From: Gammaproteobacteria bacterium
Lineage (GTDB): Bacteria; Pseudomonadota; Gammaproteobacteria; UBA9339
Assembly (NCBI GenBank): GCA_031552655.1
Contig: JAVBML010000043.1
Location: 1-39,721, forward strand
DNA: 39,721 nt
Reading direction: 5' to 3'
Part shown: piece after piece, positions 9,763 to 19,827 of the stretch
Position numbering within the stretch: position 1 is the stretch's first letter
Layout: the number at the start of each line of letters is the position of its first letter
The notes under the pieces: model-generated
Seen by the model: only the letters and a program-made list of their open reading frames with translations
Databases searched by the model: none
What the model was told of the DNA's origin: nothing
Made by a program: the position numbers and the translations under genes

Positions 9763-10902
9763 TCATAAAAATATGCACAATAAATCGTTTAAAAAATTTT
9801 TCCCCCGTTCGGTTATAGCTATTGTCTCCGCAGTTAATTTAATTAATTGCTGCTCCTCAGCTTGGTTTAGCTCATTATATATTGATTCGATATTAATGCC
9901 AGTGCGTTGCTTGAATAATTCATGGGTTATGGGACGATATAATCTTAGGGCGTTCAACATAAATTCAAAGGGAACCTTTTTTTTGTTTACTATTTCCATG
10001 GTTTCATAGATGTTAGTAGCGGCTAGGTATTCTTTAGGATCGGCAATTTTACTATAGCGTTGGATTTTATAATCATCCATGGTAACTTTACCGTGGGCAC
10101 CACTGCCGATGCCTAGGTAGTCACCGTAGTTCCAGTAATTTAAATTATGTTGACAAAAATAAGCTGGAGATTTTGCATAGGCGGAAACCTCATATTGTCC
10201 AAATCCATTATTTTGAAGCAGTTCTATTCCGCTTTGCTGCATATTCCATAGCTCCTCCTGATTGGGTAGAGAGTGATACATTCTGTGGTTGCTAGAATGA
10301 AACTCCAGCGACAATTGGTACCATGAGACATGGGAGGGTGCTAGTTTCAATGCCTCTTTCAGATCGTCAGCGCTCATGGCCATGGTTTGTTCAGGTAGAG
10401 CAAAGATTAGGTCAAGGTTGAAATTATTAAACCCGGCCGTTTTAATTTCATCAATTGCTTGGAATATTTGATGGCAACCATGAATTCTGTGGATATTTTT
10501 TAGAACTTGATTATTAAAGCTTTGGGCGCCCAGAGAGATTCTATTAACGCCGATTTCTCTTAGCTGTTGATAGGCTAATAGGTCAAGGGTGCCGGGATTT
10601 ACCTCGAGGGTGATTTCCATGGTGGAGGAAAATGAAAAAAGATTTCTCGCTTTTTCAATGAGAGTAGCGATGGATGAGGTGGACATAATACTTGGAGTGC
10701 CACCGCCAAAATACATGGAGATTAATTGATCCTGAGGATAGTTACGAGCCTCATGATCTAGGTCCATAAGTAATTTTTCCACGTAGACATCGATGATATT
10801 TTTATCGGGTAGTACAAAGGAGTTGAAGTCGCAGTAGGAGCATTTACTAAGGCACCAGGGAAAATGAATGTACAGGGATAGGGGGATATTACATTGTCTC
10901 AC
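9763..10902 (-). CDS. hemW: Radical SAM heme chaperone HemW (YggW; HemN-like, oxygen-independent coproporphyrinogen oxidase family)
   Basis: HFPWCLSKCSYCDF contains the radical SAM CxxxCxxC motif. 379 aa, the HemW length rather than that of HemN. Confidence 0.85.
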   Translation of the reverse strand: MRQCNIPLSLYIHFPWCLSKCSYCDFNSFVLPDKNIIDVYVEKLLMDLDHEARNYPQDQLISMYFGGGTPSIMSTSSIATLIEKARNLFSFSSTMEITLEVNPGTLDLLAYQQLREIGVNRISLGAQSFNNQVLKNIHRIHGCHQIFQAIDEIKTAGFNNFNLDLIFALPEQTMAMSADDLKEALKLAPSHVSWYQLSLEFHSSNHRMYHSLPNQEELWNMQQSGIELLQNNGFGQYEVSAYAKSPAYFCQHNLNYWNYGDYLGIGSGAHGKVTMDDYKIQRYSKIADPKEYLAATNIYETMEIVNKKKVPFEFMLNALRLYRPITHELFKQRTGINIESIYNELNQAEEQQLIKLTAETIAITERGKNFLNDLLCIFL

Positions 10903-10908
10903 GAGCAG

Positions 10909-11970
10909 CTATGGAATTTTTATTAGTAGAACTATGCCTAAAATGGTAGATAGCAACGTGGGCAATGCTGCAGCCAATAGTGGTGGTAAATGATATACCA
11001 TGGCCATGGGACCAACAAACTGATTTAGCATATAGAATGTAAAGCCCGTGGCAATGCCAATTAGCATACGAAACCCCATGGTTGCGGTGCGCAGGGAACC
11101 AAAAATAAATGGCACCGCCAGTAGTATCATAACCAGGGCAGCAAGGGGAGCAAAAATTCTTTGCCAAAAAGAAAAAACATATTTAGAAGCATCAAGTCCG
11201 CTTGCTATGCGCTGCTTAGCATAGGTATGTAGGGCCACAATATTTTTTTGATCACTATCCAGGGCATCGATACTTAGAAGTTGAGGAGAAAATTTTATCT
11301 TTGAAATTTCCCTGGAGGTGTAAGAAGATAACGTTTTGTGTTTTTCAAAAGTTGTACCCTGGGATTCCCTTAGTATCCAGTGGTTACCGTCGTAGTGACC
11401 ATGGGGAGTATGTATGATAGCGTGCAACTTTGCTTGGTTGCCAATTTTATATCTCGTAATGTTTTCGAGATTTTTACCCGTAATGGTTTTTATGTTAATA
11501 ATTTCGTCGTCTCCGTGGAGCCATCGCCCCTGTTTGGTCAAAAGCATTTTACCTTCATTGAGGGCTTCCAATTTGATTTTTTCTGCTCGATGCAGTGCCG
11601 GGGGAGATATTATCTCACCGATTAACAGCATGAATAGAATTAGCAATGCTCCCACGGCGGCAATTCTCTGAAATAGATTAAATAGCGACATACCAGCGGT
11701 GCGCATAACAATTAATTCTCCGTTAGATGCTAGGAGGCCCAGGGCAATGATAAATCCCAAAAGACTTACCATGGGGAAAAATTGGTAAATGTCGAAGGGG
11801 AGTATCAAAGTAACATAGAGTAGAGTTTGGGGAAGATGATAGTTACCCATGCCCATGCTGGGAAATTCTTTGGATAGTTCTATGAAGATTTGGAGGCCCA
11901 GGAGAAAAAGTGAAGCCAGGGAAACATAGTATAGAATGGTTTTAAAAAGGTATTTAGTTAATATTTTCAT
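10909..11970 (-). CDS. lptG: LPS export ABC transporter permease LptG
   Basis: YjgP/YjgQ-type permease, 353 aa, N-terminus MKILTKYLFK. It is the second gene of a tandem lptF-lptG pair. Confidence 0.85.
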   Translation of the reverse strand: MKILTKYLFKTILYYVSLASLFLLGLQIFIELSKEFPSMGMGNYHLPQTLLYVTLILPFDIYQFFPMVSLLGFIIALGLLASNGELIVMRTAGMSLFNLFQRIAAVGALLILFMLLIGEIISPPALHRAEKIKLEALNEGKMLLTKQGRWLHGDDEIINIKTITGKNLENITRYKIGNQAKLHAIIHTPHGHYDGNHWILRESQGTTFEKHKTLSSYTSREISKIKFSPQLLSIDALDSDQKNIVALHTYAKQRIASGLDASKYVFSFWQRIFAPLAALVMILLAVPFIFGSLRTATMGFRMLIGIATGFTFYMLNQFVGPMAMVYHLPPLLAAALPTLLSTILGIVLLIKIP

Positions 11971-11986
11971 GGCATTTTATTGGCTG

Positions 11987-13081
11987 CTATTTTTTATAGA
12001 TTTTTGACCAGCCTCTTTGTTTGACGAATAAAAATATTGCAATCATAAACATGAGACCATGTACCCACCATATACCTAGAGTAGGAGCAAGGGTGCCCTT
12101 TTTTATCCAGGCCTTTGCTAAAAATAAAAAATTGGCATAGAGAATGTATATTAGAATGGCGGGAGCCAGCTTAAAATAGCGCCCTTTTTTCGGGGGTATT
12201 TTACTGAGTGGCGTTGCAATTAATACTAAAATAAGTGCCAAGAGTGGCAGGGAAATTCTCCATTGCAATTCCGCTGCTGCTCTGGGTTCTTTTCTTTTTT
12301 GCCATAGCGTGTAGGTTGACATGCTGTTTTCGTTGGCTTGCCATATTTTTTCCTTTTCCCGAATTTTTATTCCATATTCCTTAAATTTAATGACTTCATA
12401 ATCCCTTTGTCCCGGTTTACCAAAATATCGATGGCCATCCACGAGTACTATGTAGGAGTCGCCATTGTTGGATACGTCATTCCTGTGATATGCCTGCCTA
12501 GCGATGAGGGAAGATGATTTTCCCTTTTTATGTCCATGGTCCATTCGTTGAGCTGCAAAGACATCAAAGAAATGCTTGCGATCATCCGCCACGGAGTTGA
12601 CATAGAGTACCCAGGAACCATCGGATATTTCATTGAAATGTTTTGGTTTAATCATTTCTAGACTACTGCGGGAAACTCCCGCTAGAAGACTATCGATGTA
12701 GCTATAAACTTTAGGGTTGATCCATAGCGATAGCATGGCAACTAGGATCATTACCAAGGCGGAATAGGTTAGCGTAATGCTTAAAAGTTTTTGTGGTCCT
12801 ATACCGCAGATCTCCAGTACTGTCATTTCACTATCCGCGTATAATCTACCGTAGGCTAGTAATATTCCTAGAAATAGGGCCGCGGGTAGAATTAGAGCGG
12901 TTAAGATAGGTAGTTGAAGTAAAATAATTGTTGCAATGGCATTGCTAGCAAGGAAACCATAGGCTGCGGCATTCATGAAGCGCACCACCTGGTTGCTTAA
13001 AAAAATGAGTAATAGAATCAAAGCCGTTGCGCTGGTAACACCATAAATTTCTTTGGTTAAATACTTAGTTAATATTTTCAT
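11987..13081 (-). CDS. lptF: LPS export ABC transporter permease LptF
   Basis: YjgP/YjgQ-type permease, 364 aa, N-terminus MKILTKYLTKEI. It is the first gene of the lptF-lptG pair. Confidence 0.85.
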   Translation of the reverse strand: MKILTKYLTKEIYGVTSATALILLLIFLSNQVVRFMNAAAYGFLASNAIATIILLQLPILTALILPAALFLGILLAYGRLYADSEMTVLEICGIGPQKLLSITLTYSALVMILVAMLSLWINPKVYSYIDSLLAGVSRSSLEMIKPKHFNEISDGSWVLYVNSVADDRKHFFDVFAAQRMDHGHKKGKSSSLIARQAYHRNDVSNNGDSYIVLVDGHRYFGKPGQRDYEVIKFKEYGIKIREKEKIWQANENSMSTYTLWQKRKEPRAAAELQWRISLPLLALILVLIATPLSKIPPKKGRYFKLAPAILIYILYANFLFLAKAWIKKGTLAPTLGIWWVHGLMFMIAIFLFVKQRGWSKIYKK

Positions 13082-13163
13082 AAATTAAAAATAAGTGATA
13101 GATCACAGAGTATATGTGTAATCTATAGTAGCGGAAACGTGACAGTGAATATTTTTCACGGCC

Positions 13164-14438
13164 CTATTTTTTTATAATTTTTACGTTATCCATATATTTC
13201 CACAGAATTTCGGGAACATTGATGCTTCCATCGATGTTTTGGTAGTTTTCCATGATAGCAATTAGGGTACGACCTACAGCTAAGCCAGAACCATTTAGTG
13301 TATGCAGTGGTTCCGTAATCCCATTTTGTAAACGACATTTAGCTTGCATTCTCCGTGCCTGAAAGGCTTCGAAGTTGCTGCAAGAAGATATTTCCCGATA
13401 TTTATTTTGTGCCGGTAACCACACCTCTAGGTCATAGGTTTTTGCTGCAGAAAACCCTAGCTCTCCACTACACAGAGACATAGTTCTGTAGGGTAATTCA
13501 AGTTTTTGCAAAATATTTTCTGCGTGTTGCGTTAGCTCTTCGTGGGCTAGGTAGGAATTTTCTGGCTTTTCAATGCGAACCAATTCCACTTTTTCGAATT
13601 GATGCTGGCGAATCATACCATGAAGATCTTTTCCATAGCTACCAGCTTCGCTGCGATAGCAAGGAGTATGGGCTACATACTTTAGGGGCAATTGGTTCTC
13701 GGGAATGATTTCATCGCGCACTAAATTGGTCATGGGAATTTCTGCCGTTGAAATTAAACTATAGTGTGAATCTCCACTGATGTTAAATTGCTCATTCTTG
13801 AATTTTGGTAATTGGCCAGTGCCAAAGAGACTTTGACTATTAACTAGATGGGGAACGTAGAGTTCTCGGTAGCCATGCTCTTTGGTATGTGTGTCGAGCA
13901 TAAATTGAATTAGGGCGCGTTGTAATTTGGCGAGTTGATCTACCAGAACAACGAATCTAGCCCCACTAATTTTTGCCGCATCTCTGAAATTCATCATGGC
14001 GAGCAAATTACCAAGCTCCACATGGTCCCGGGGAGAAAAATCAAATTTTCTAATCTTCCCCCAGCTGCGAATTTCCCGATTGTCGCATTCCTTGAGTCCT
14101 TCGGGAACGCTGCCGTGGGGTAAATTGGGTATGGCGGCGTATAGTTCGCCCAACTCTTTTGAAATACTGGCCAGGATAAGCTCCTGGGCAGCTAGTTTTT
14201 TTCCAAGTTTTTCCATGGTAGCCAGGGAAATTGCTATGTCTTTATTTTGGGATTTAAGTAATCCTATCTCCTGGGAACTGCGGTTACGTTCGTTGCGTAG
14301 ATCTTGTACTTCAATTTGCAAGCATTTTCTATCTTTTTCTAACCGTTGAATCAGATCAGTATTGAGTTCAAATCCTCTTTTTTTAAGTGCCTGGGCGGTT
14401 TCAACTAACTGTTGACGCAGTAATTTTATATCTAACAT
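13164..14438 (-). CDS. serS: Seryl-tRNA synthetase
   Basis: MLDIKLLRQ start, N-terminal coiled-coil arm and class II core motifs (RFVVL..., TAEIPMTN, GSGLAVGRTLIAIMENYQ). Confidence 0.97.
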   Translation of the reverse strand: MLDIKLLRQQLVETAQALKKRGFELNTDLIQRLEKDRKCLQIEVQDLRNERNRSSQEIGLLKSQNKDIAISLATMEKLGKKLAAQELILASISKELGELYAAIPNLPHGSVPEGLKECDNREIRSWGKIRKFDFSPRDHVELGNLLAMMNFRDAAKISGARFVVLVDQLAKLQRALIQFMLDTHTKEHGYRELYVPHLVNSQSLFGTGQLPKFKNEQFNISGDSHYSLISTAEIPMTNLVRDEIIPENQLPLKYVAHTPCYRSEAGSYGKDLHGMIRQHQFEKVELVRIEKPENSYLAHEELTQHAENILQKLELPYRTMSLCSGELGFSAAKTYDLEVWLPAQNKYREISSCSNFEAFQARRMQAKCRLQNGITEPLHTLNGSGLAVGRTLIAIMENYQNIDGSINVPEILWKYMDNVKIIKK

Positions 14439-14562
14439 TGAATATCTCGATGAAATTTTAGCTACCGAAAAGATTGTATCATTCTATGGATAAGCAATCC
14501 AGCCTTGATATTTTCTGCTCCGTTGGTATGGTTATCATAATTTTATGCCCGAGTAATTAGCT

Positions 14563-15072
14563 ATGGATTGTGATAATGTTTTTATGCAAAGAGCTTTAGA
14601 GCTAGCTAAACTTGCTGCTGCACGCAATGAAGTACCCGTGGGAGCTCTGGTGGTATCACAGGGTGAGATAATTGCGATGGGTCATAATCGTGCTTTGGAA
14701 TTTTATGATGCCACGGCCCACGCTGAAATTATTGCCATGAGAAGGGCAGGAAAACGGATTAAAAATTATCGCCTGGTGGAGACGACTCTCTATGTTACCT
14801 TGGAGCCCTGTGTAATGTGTGTAGGAGCGATGGTACATTTTAGGATTGGCAGATTGGTCTTTGGTGCCCAGGATTTAAGATTCGGGGCAGTTATTAGCAA
14901 ATTTAGGTTACTGGATCAACCATTTTTTAACCATAGCATTGAATTTACCGCGGGAGTAATGGCGAAACCGTGTGGAGATTTATTGCGAGGTTTTTTTAAA
15001 CAACGTAGACATGCCAAACATGGGCGGCTAGCTCCGATGATGACAAAGAATAGCGATGCTGGAAGTTACTAG
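14563..15072 (+). CDS. tadA: tRNA adenosine(34) deaminase TadA
   Basis: CDA-fold zinc motifs HAEIIAMR and LEPCVMCVGA. 169 aa. Confidence 0.9.
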   Translation: MDCDNVFMQRALELAKLAAARNEVPVGALVVSQGEIIAMGHNRALEFYDATAHAEIIAMRRAGKRIKNYRLVETTLYVTLEPCVMCVGAMVHFRIGRLVFGAQDLRFGAVISKFRLLDQPFFNHSIEFTAGVMAKPCGDLLRGFFKQRRHAKHGRLAPMMTKNSDAGSY

Positions 15073-16853
15073 CTACTTTGCTCTATAATGGTGATGTTCT
15101 CTAGTTCTATCTTCATAAGTTTGAGAGACTCCAGAAAGGCATCTTGCTGTTCCCTAAGCAATTCCTTAGCTAGGGATTGATAGTACTCTATGCTGGCATG
15201 TAGATTTTTCTTTATTTCTATTAATCTCTTACGAGATTTTATTGATAATTCTTGGGTTGTTTCTCTAATTAAATTAGCTATTTGTATTTGTAATTCTCGG
15301 ATGAAAAGATGGGGGCGTTCATTGTTAATGAGCAGGGAACAGCGACCATAAATATGATTAATCATTTCTCCCAGGGAAACTATTTTTTTAAAATTTATGA
15401 TATTTGGTCCTGGACAGATTGCTTCTACCATGGTTTGGTCAATTTTTCTTTTTGCCAATACTCCTCCTCCTAGTTCGTGGCAGATACAGGATTTTGCTAG
15501 GACTTCGGATTTAAGCGATGAACATTGCTGCGTATCTAAATTTTCTCGCTGTAGCTGCGCTAGCTTAAGTTGTTGATATTGTCGAGAGGCTGTGCAGATG
15601 GGTAACTTTGTAAATTCTTGATTGAACCTTGTGTAACCTTTGGTGCAGGGACTGCCCGGAGTGTTTTTTTGTACCCTTTCTTCACGCTGCATTTCACTGG
15701 AGGAGGTCCTAAGATTCCAAAATGGTATTCCCAGAGGTGAACTGGGACTTAAATATATGTCATTTTCAGTGGCATCAATTAATTTTTGCATTGTTAGGTT
15801 GCTAACGTTGGTTGCTTCGGGCACAAGTAAAAAAGGACTTCCCCAGCCGATGCTGTCTAGCTTATATCTTTTAAGTAGAAAATTGTGTTCCTGATTGGTA
15901 CCAACTCCTCCCTGGCTAGTTATAATTACATTCTGGGGAGTTGTCGTGGGTATGTGCTTTAGTTCCAAGAGAGACTTTCTATATATTTCATGTAATTCAT
16001 TTATCAATGTGACCTTATTTTTTTTGAATTCTTCCAATATGGGACCCAGTAAATGACCATCATTGATGAAAGCGTGGCCACCGCAATTAAGTGCAGACTC
16101 AATGCGGTACTCTGATACCCAAATGCCTCTTTTTGCTAGGTATTTTCCTTGAATGATGGCGGAACGGTAGTCGCTTACCTTTAGGCAGATTTTTTTTCTA
16201 AGATTATTTTTTTCATCCGGCAAAAAATCTTTAAATTCAATTAGATACCCATATAATTGCGGATTAAAGCCCGCCGAGAGGACCATGGTGGATGCTAGAT
16301 TGCTCTGGGCATAGCCCCGCAGAGCAGCTGCGGCGTCGGAGTAAATATAGGACAAAGATTGACCATTACTATGGTGAGCAATATCTAGCTTAGTCATTAT
16401 ATTAACATCGATGCTTCCGGCTACCACATTTTGACGTAGAAGTTGTTGCAGTTCGTTTTTTTTCTGAGAATTCTGTTCTGTCAGCATATCTTTATAGAGT
16501 TTGCTCAGATAACTATCACTTGGCAGTAGTTCAAAATATTTAGTAATTGCACTATTTTCTTTAAACTCATCCTCTTTAATTTTTTCTATTTGTTCATGAA
16601 TAAGTTTTTGCAGTAAATTAAGATAACTGGTAATGCGCCTAGCTCTAGGATCTTCATCCCTAGCTGTAATAGGGGCATATGGCTCGCCATGCTGCTCACA
16701 CCAGTATTTTCTCATTTGTTCTATGAGTACATCATCCACCAGGGAAATCACAGAGGAAATACCATATTGAGCTACGAACAAAGGCGTATCTATAGTGAAG
16801 CCAGTGCCCATTACTGGAATATGGAAGCTATGGGGGGATTTTGTTTGCTTCAT
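15069..16853 (-). CDS. Hypothetical protein, 594 aa (possible TIM-barrel enzyme with a Cys-rich insert and a C-terminal coiled coil)
   Basis: Long ORF with no competing frame. The N-terminus is IPVMGTGFTIDTPLFVAQYGISSVISLVDD. The segments ESALNCGGHAF and ITSQGGVGTN weakly recall NMO/PfaD-type and GltB-type FMN barrels; this is from memory only. Six Cys fall between aa 403 and 480. Confidence 0.6.
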   Translation of the reverse strand: MKQTKSPHSFHIPVMGTGFTIDTPLFVAQYGISSVISLVDDVLIEQMRKYWCEQHGEPYAPITARDEDPRARRITSYLNLLQKLIHEQIEKIKEDEFKENSAITKYFELLPSDSYLSKLYKDMLTEQNSQKKNELQQLLRQNVVAGSIDVNIMTKLDIAHHSNGQSLSYIYSDAAAALRGYAQSNLASTMVLSAGFNPQLYGYLIEFKDFLPDEKNNLRKKICLKVSDYRSAIIQGKYLAKRGIWVSEYRIESALNCGGHAFINDGHLLGPILEEFKKNKVTLINELHEIYRKSLLELKHIPTTTPQNVIITSQGGVGTNQEHNFLLKRYKLDSIGWGSPFLLVPEATNVSNLTMQKLIDATENDIYLSPSSPLGIPFWNLRTSSSEMQREERVQKNTPGSPCTKGYTRFNQEFTKLPICTASRQYQQLKLAQLQRENLDTQQCSSLKSEVLAKSCICHELGGGVLAKRKIDQTMVEAICPGPNIINFKKIVSLGEMINHIYGRCSLLINNERPHLFIRELQIQIANLIRETTQELSIKSRKRLIEIKKNLHASIEYYQSLAKELLREQQDAFLESLKLMKIELENITIIEQSS

Positions 16854-16969
16854 TTTTTTCTCTATATTTTACAGTGGCACCATGATTAAATATATACATT
16901 ACACTAAAGCACACTAGGCTAGCAAAAAAATTAATTCTCGGCTATCTATATTTAAATTGTAGCAAAGCG

Positions 16970-18607
16970 TCATTTATTTACTAGGAGGGATATATTTTGT
17001 TTCTGATATAAATCGATCAATCCCCTTGTGGAACCATCTAATTCTTCCGGTGATTCATCGTTTTGTAAAATGGGAATAAGCCCCTGGGTCAATTTTTTTC
17101 CTAATTCCACTCCCCACTGATCAAAGGAGTTAATTTGCCAAATGGTTCCCTGGATAAATACTTTATGCTCATAGAGGGCAATTAAAGCACCGAGACTTCT
17201 AGGAGTTACTTTATCCATAACTAAAGTATTGGTTGGTATATTGCCCATGATTTGCTGGTGTTTTGCTAATAATCTCTCCTCATTTTTATCAGCGGATGAT
17301 TGCAAAATCTCGTTCTGTCGTCTTCCCACCATTAGCGCTTGACTTTGGGCAAGGCAATTGGCATAGAGTACTAGGTGATGGTCGGCAATGGGATTATGGC
17401 TACCTAGGGGAATAATAAAATCCATGGGGACTAGGGTTGTACCCTGCATTAGCAATTGATGAAATGAATGTTGACTATTGGTACCCGGGGCCCCCCAGAT
17501 TACGGGGGCGGTTTTGTAGGATAGATTATCTCCCATGGTATTTACACTTTTACCATTACTTTCCATTTCAAGTTGTTGCAAATAGGCGGGGAGTAGATGT
17601 AGATATTGGTCATAGGGAATAATAGCTTGGGAAGTGGCGCCGAGGAAATTTATATTCCAAATACCTAGCAGAGCTAAAATTATGGGTAAATTCTTTTCCG
17701 TGGGCGCCGTTCTAAAATGCTGATCCATTTCCTGGGCCCCGGAGAGTAGCTCGTAGAAATTTTTCATACCCAGGGACAGTGCAATGGATATGCCCAGGGC
17801 GGACCAGAGGGAAAATCTTCCTCCAACCCAGTCCCAAAAGGAATAAACATTTTCCTCTGCTATGCCGAAAGCCCGTGCCTTTTCTGAATTTGCAGTTATG
17901 CCGATGAAGTGCTTCCCTAGAGGAGTTTCGCTTTTAGTGGAAATATTGCCCAGTAACCAGTTTTTGGCAACCATGGCATTGGCCAAAGTTTCCTGCGTGG
18001 TAAAAGTTTTCGAGGCGATAATAAATAGAGTTGTTTCGTGATTTAGATGTCTCAGAGTATCCGCTATATCCGTGGGGTCTAAATTGGAAACAAAGTGGAT
18101 TTTGAGCTCAGTGGCATAGGGTTTTAGGGCAGCTACCACCATTGCGGGGCCGAGGTGAGAACCACCAATGCCGATGTTTACTATATCAGTAACGCGCTTA
18201 CCACTATATCCTCGCCACTTACCACCATGGATATTGTGGACCAAAACTTCAATTTTTTTTAGTTCCCGGCGAACGAGATCTGCTTCCGGACTATTTTCCT
18301 GATCAAAATTTCTCAGAGTGGTATGTAATACGGCTCGTTTTTCCGTGATGTTAATTTTTTCTCCACCAAACATTTGATCTCTGCGCTCTTTAACTCCGGC
18401 TGCCTGTGCCAGAGTATCTAATAAATTCATGGTTTCGGCGGTTACATGATTTTTAGAGTAATCCAGGAATATATTTGCTGCCGCAAGGGAAAAGTTTTGA
18501 AAACGTTTTGGATCTTGCTGAAATTGTTTGGCTATTTCGAGATCTTTGATTTTTCGGTGATGATCGGCTAGGTTTTTCCATTCCGCGGTTTGGTCTATTT
18601 TAGTCAT
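16970..18607 (-). CDS. pgi: Glucose-6-phosphate isomerase
   Basis: Full-length similarity to Pgi (MTKIDQTAEWKNL...GIGGSHLGP...FWDWVGGRFSLWSA...). The listed ORF extends to 18667, but ATG 18607 gives the canonical N-terminus. Confidence 0.95.
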   Translation of the reverse strand: MTKIDQTAEWKNLADHHRKIKDLEIAKQFQQDPKRFQNFSLAAANIFLDYSKNHVTAETMNLLDTLAQAAGVKERRDQMFGGEKINITEKRAVLHTTLRNFDQENSPEADLVRRELKKIEVLVHNIHGGKWRGYSGKRVTDIVNIGIGGSHLGPAMVVAALKPYATELKIHFVSNLDPTDIADTLRHLNHETTLFIIASKTFTTQETLANAMVAKNWLLGNISTKSETPLGKHFIGITANSEKARAFGIAEENVYSFWDWVGGRFSLWSALGISIALSLGMKNFYELLSGAQEMDQHFRTAPTEKNLPIILALLGIWNINFLGATSQAIIPYDQYLHLLPAYLQQLEMESNGKSVNTMGDNLSYKTAPVIWGAPGTNSQHSFHQLLMQGTTLVPMDFIIPLGSHNPIADHHLVLYANCLAQSQALMVGRRQNEILQSSADKNEERLLAKHQQIMGNIPTNTLVMDKVTPRSLGALIALYEHKVFIQGTIWQINSFDQWGVELGKKLTQGLIPILQNDESPEELDGSTRGLIDLYQKQNISLLVNK

Positions 18608-18685
18608 GAAATCTCCGTGTAATTTAATAATTAATAAAATTCTATTACTAATAACGATATTTAGCAATCGATGGTGTGTCGGAGT

Positions 18686-19237
18686 TTATTTTGCTAAGGA
18701 ATAGGGCGGTTGTGATGGATAGAGTTTGGCGCAAAAATATTGCGTCAGGTGTTGGTGACAGCCATTGAGAGCCTTAAGAAATAGTTTTTTTTGATCATTG
18801 TTTCCATGGTAAGCAACGACATCTGCGTGGCATTTTATTTGAATAATTTCACCCTGAGTTAGGCCATTATCGCCCATTTGTGCAATAAGTTGTACCGTTT
18901 CCATGAGAGCATGGGAGGCGCGATGGATCCTTGAAATTACTTGCCCATCCTCAATGTAGTAATTAGCCATTATCTTTTCCAGGTACTGCAAGAGAAGTTT
19001 GGTGCCATGATGAGGGTTGCTTTTCTTGCCATTGACATTCGAGGAGCGAATTCTAAGGTCACTGATTATCATTTGTCCCGATCTATATAATTTAGTATCT
19101 TCGGCAACGATAACCGTCTTGCTTCTAATGTCTAATTTACTGATTTTTTTTGAATATGATGTGCTGGGAAGTTCTCTGCGAATAATGCTTTTATATTTTA
19201 TGACAGCTACTAATATGGTATCGCGAAAGTTATTCAT
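18686..19237 (-). CDS. Hypothetical protein, 183 aa, no family recognised
   Basis: The only substantial ORF in this interval, with His-rich, non-repetitive composition. I recognise no motif, so coding status is only moderately supported. Confidence 0.45.
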   Translation of the reverse strand: MNNFRDTILVAVIKYKSIIRRELPSTSYSKKISKLDIRSKTVIVAEDTKLYRSGQMIISDLRIRSSNVNGKKSNPHHGTKLLLQYLEKIMANYYIEDGQVISRIHRASHALMETVQLIAQMGDNGLTQGEIIQIKCHADVVAYHGNNDQKKLFLKALNGCHQHLTQYFCAKLYPSQPPYSLAK

Positions 19238-19546
19238 CTTACCAGCTTGCTAAAAGCACATGGAGAAATAGTCAAAGCTTATTATATAGGCATTACATTA
19301 AGAAAAAATTAAGAGCCCGCTGTGCACTGGGAAGTACCCCCCTGGTTATTCATTGAAAAGATGATAATGATTTGATTTTTAAAGAATTATTTTTAGTTAT
19401 AAAATTTATAAAATTAGTAGTTGTTTCCGATGATTTCATTGCTCCATGGGGATGATGAATTTATTACTTTAAAATTTTAATGGATGATCGGGAGATGTAA
19501 AAAATATAGTTTTTGTTTTAGAGGTAACTATGTTAATATGGTTTCG

Positions 19547-19574
19547 CTGTGACATATAGGTCGCAGGGTTTTTT
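19547..19574 (+). promoter_or_regulatory. Hairpin plus U-tract in the cspA leader (terminator- or attenuator-like)
   Basis: Stem CTGTGAC (19547-19553) pairs with GTCGCAG (19560-19566): 7 bp including one G-U. The loop is ATATAG, followed by GG and T6 (19569-19574). It ends 29 nt upstream of the cspA ATG. Confidence 0.3.
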
Positions 19575-19602
19575 ATTAAATTTTTAAAGAAGGTATTTAT
19601 AT

Positions 19603-19815
19603 ATGGCAGATCGTGTAAATGGTATTGTTAAGTGGTTTAATGCTTCCAAGGGTTATGGCTTTATTCAAGTGGATGGAAGCGAAGATGTTTTTGTTCATTA
19701 TCGTGCAATTAGAGGTGATGGTTATCGCTCATTGAATGAAGGGCAAAAGGTTGAGTTTTTAGTAAAGTCTGGACCCAAGGGACCCCAGGCAGAGGATGTG
19801 CTCTCCTTGGAATAG
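19603..19815 (+). CDS. cspA: Cold-shock protein, CspA family
   Basis: RNP1 KGYGFI and RNP2 VFVHY. 70 aa. A GAAGG Shine-Dalgarno sequence lies upstream. Confidence 0.95.
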   Translation: MADRVNGIVKWFNASKGYGFIQVDGSEDVFVHYRAIRGDGYRSLNEGQKVEFLVKSGPKGPQAEDVLSLE

Positions 19816-19827
19816 TAGCAATTGTTT

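Noticed and set aside
10889-11167. 92-aa minus-strand ORF overlapping the lptG 3' end and the hemW start
   Set aside because: It is an out-of-frame overlap with lptG, has no motif, and has Cys/His/Trp-rich composition. It is a frame artefact.
16970-18667. 20-aa N-terminal extension of pgi (MLNIVISNRILLIIKLHGDF), considered as a signal peptide or novel extension
   Set aside because: The canonical Pgi N-terminus begins at the internal ATG 18607 (MTKIDQTAEW). The extension is most likely just upstream read-through of the longest-ORF rule.
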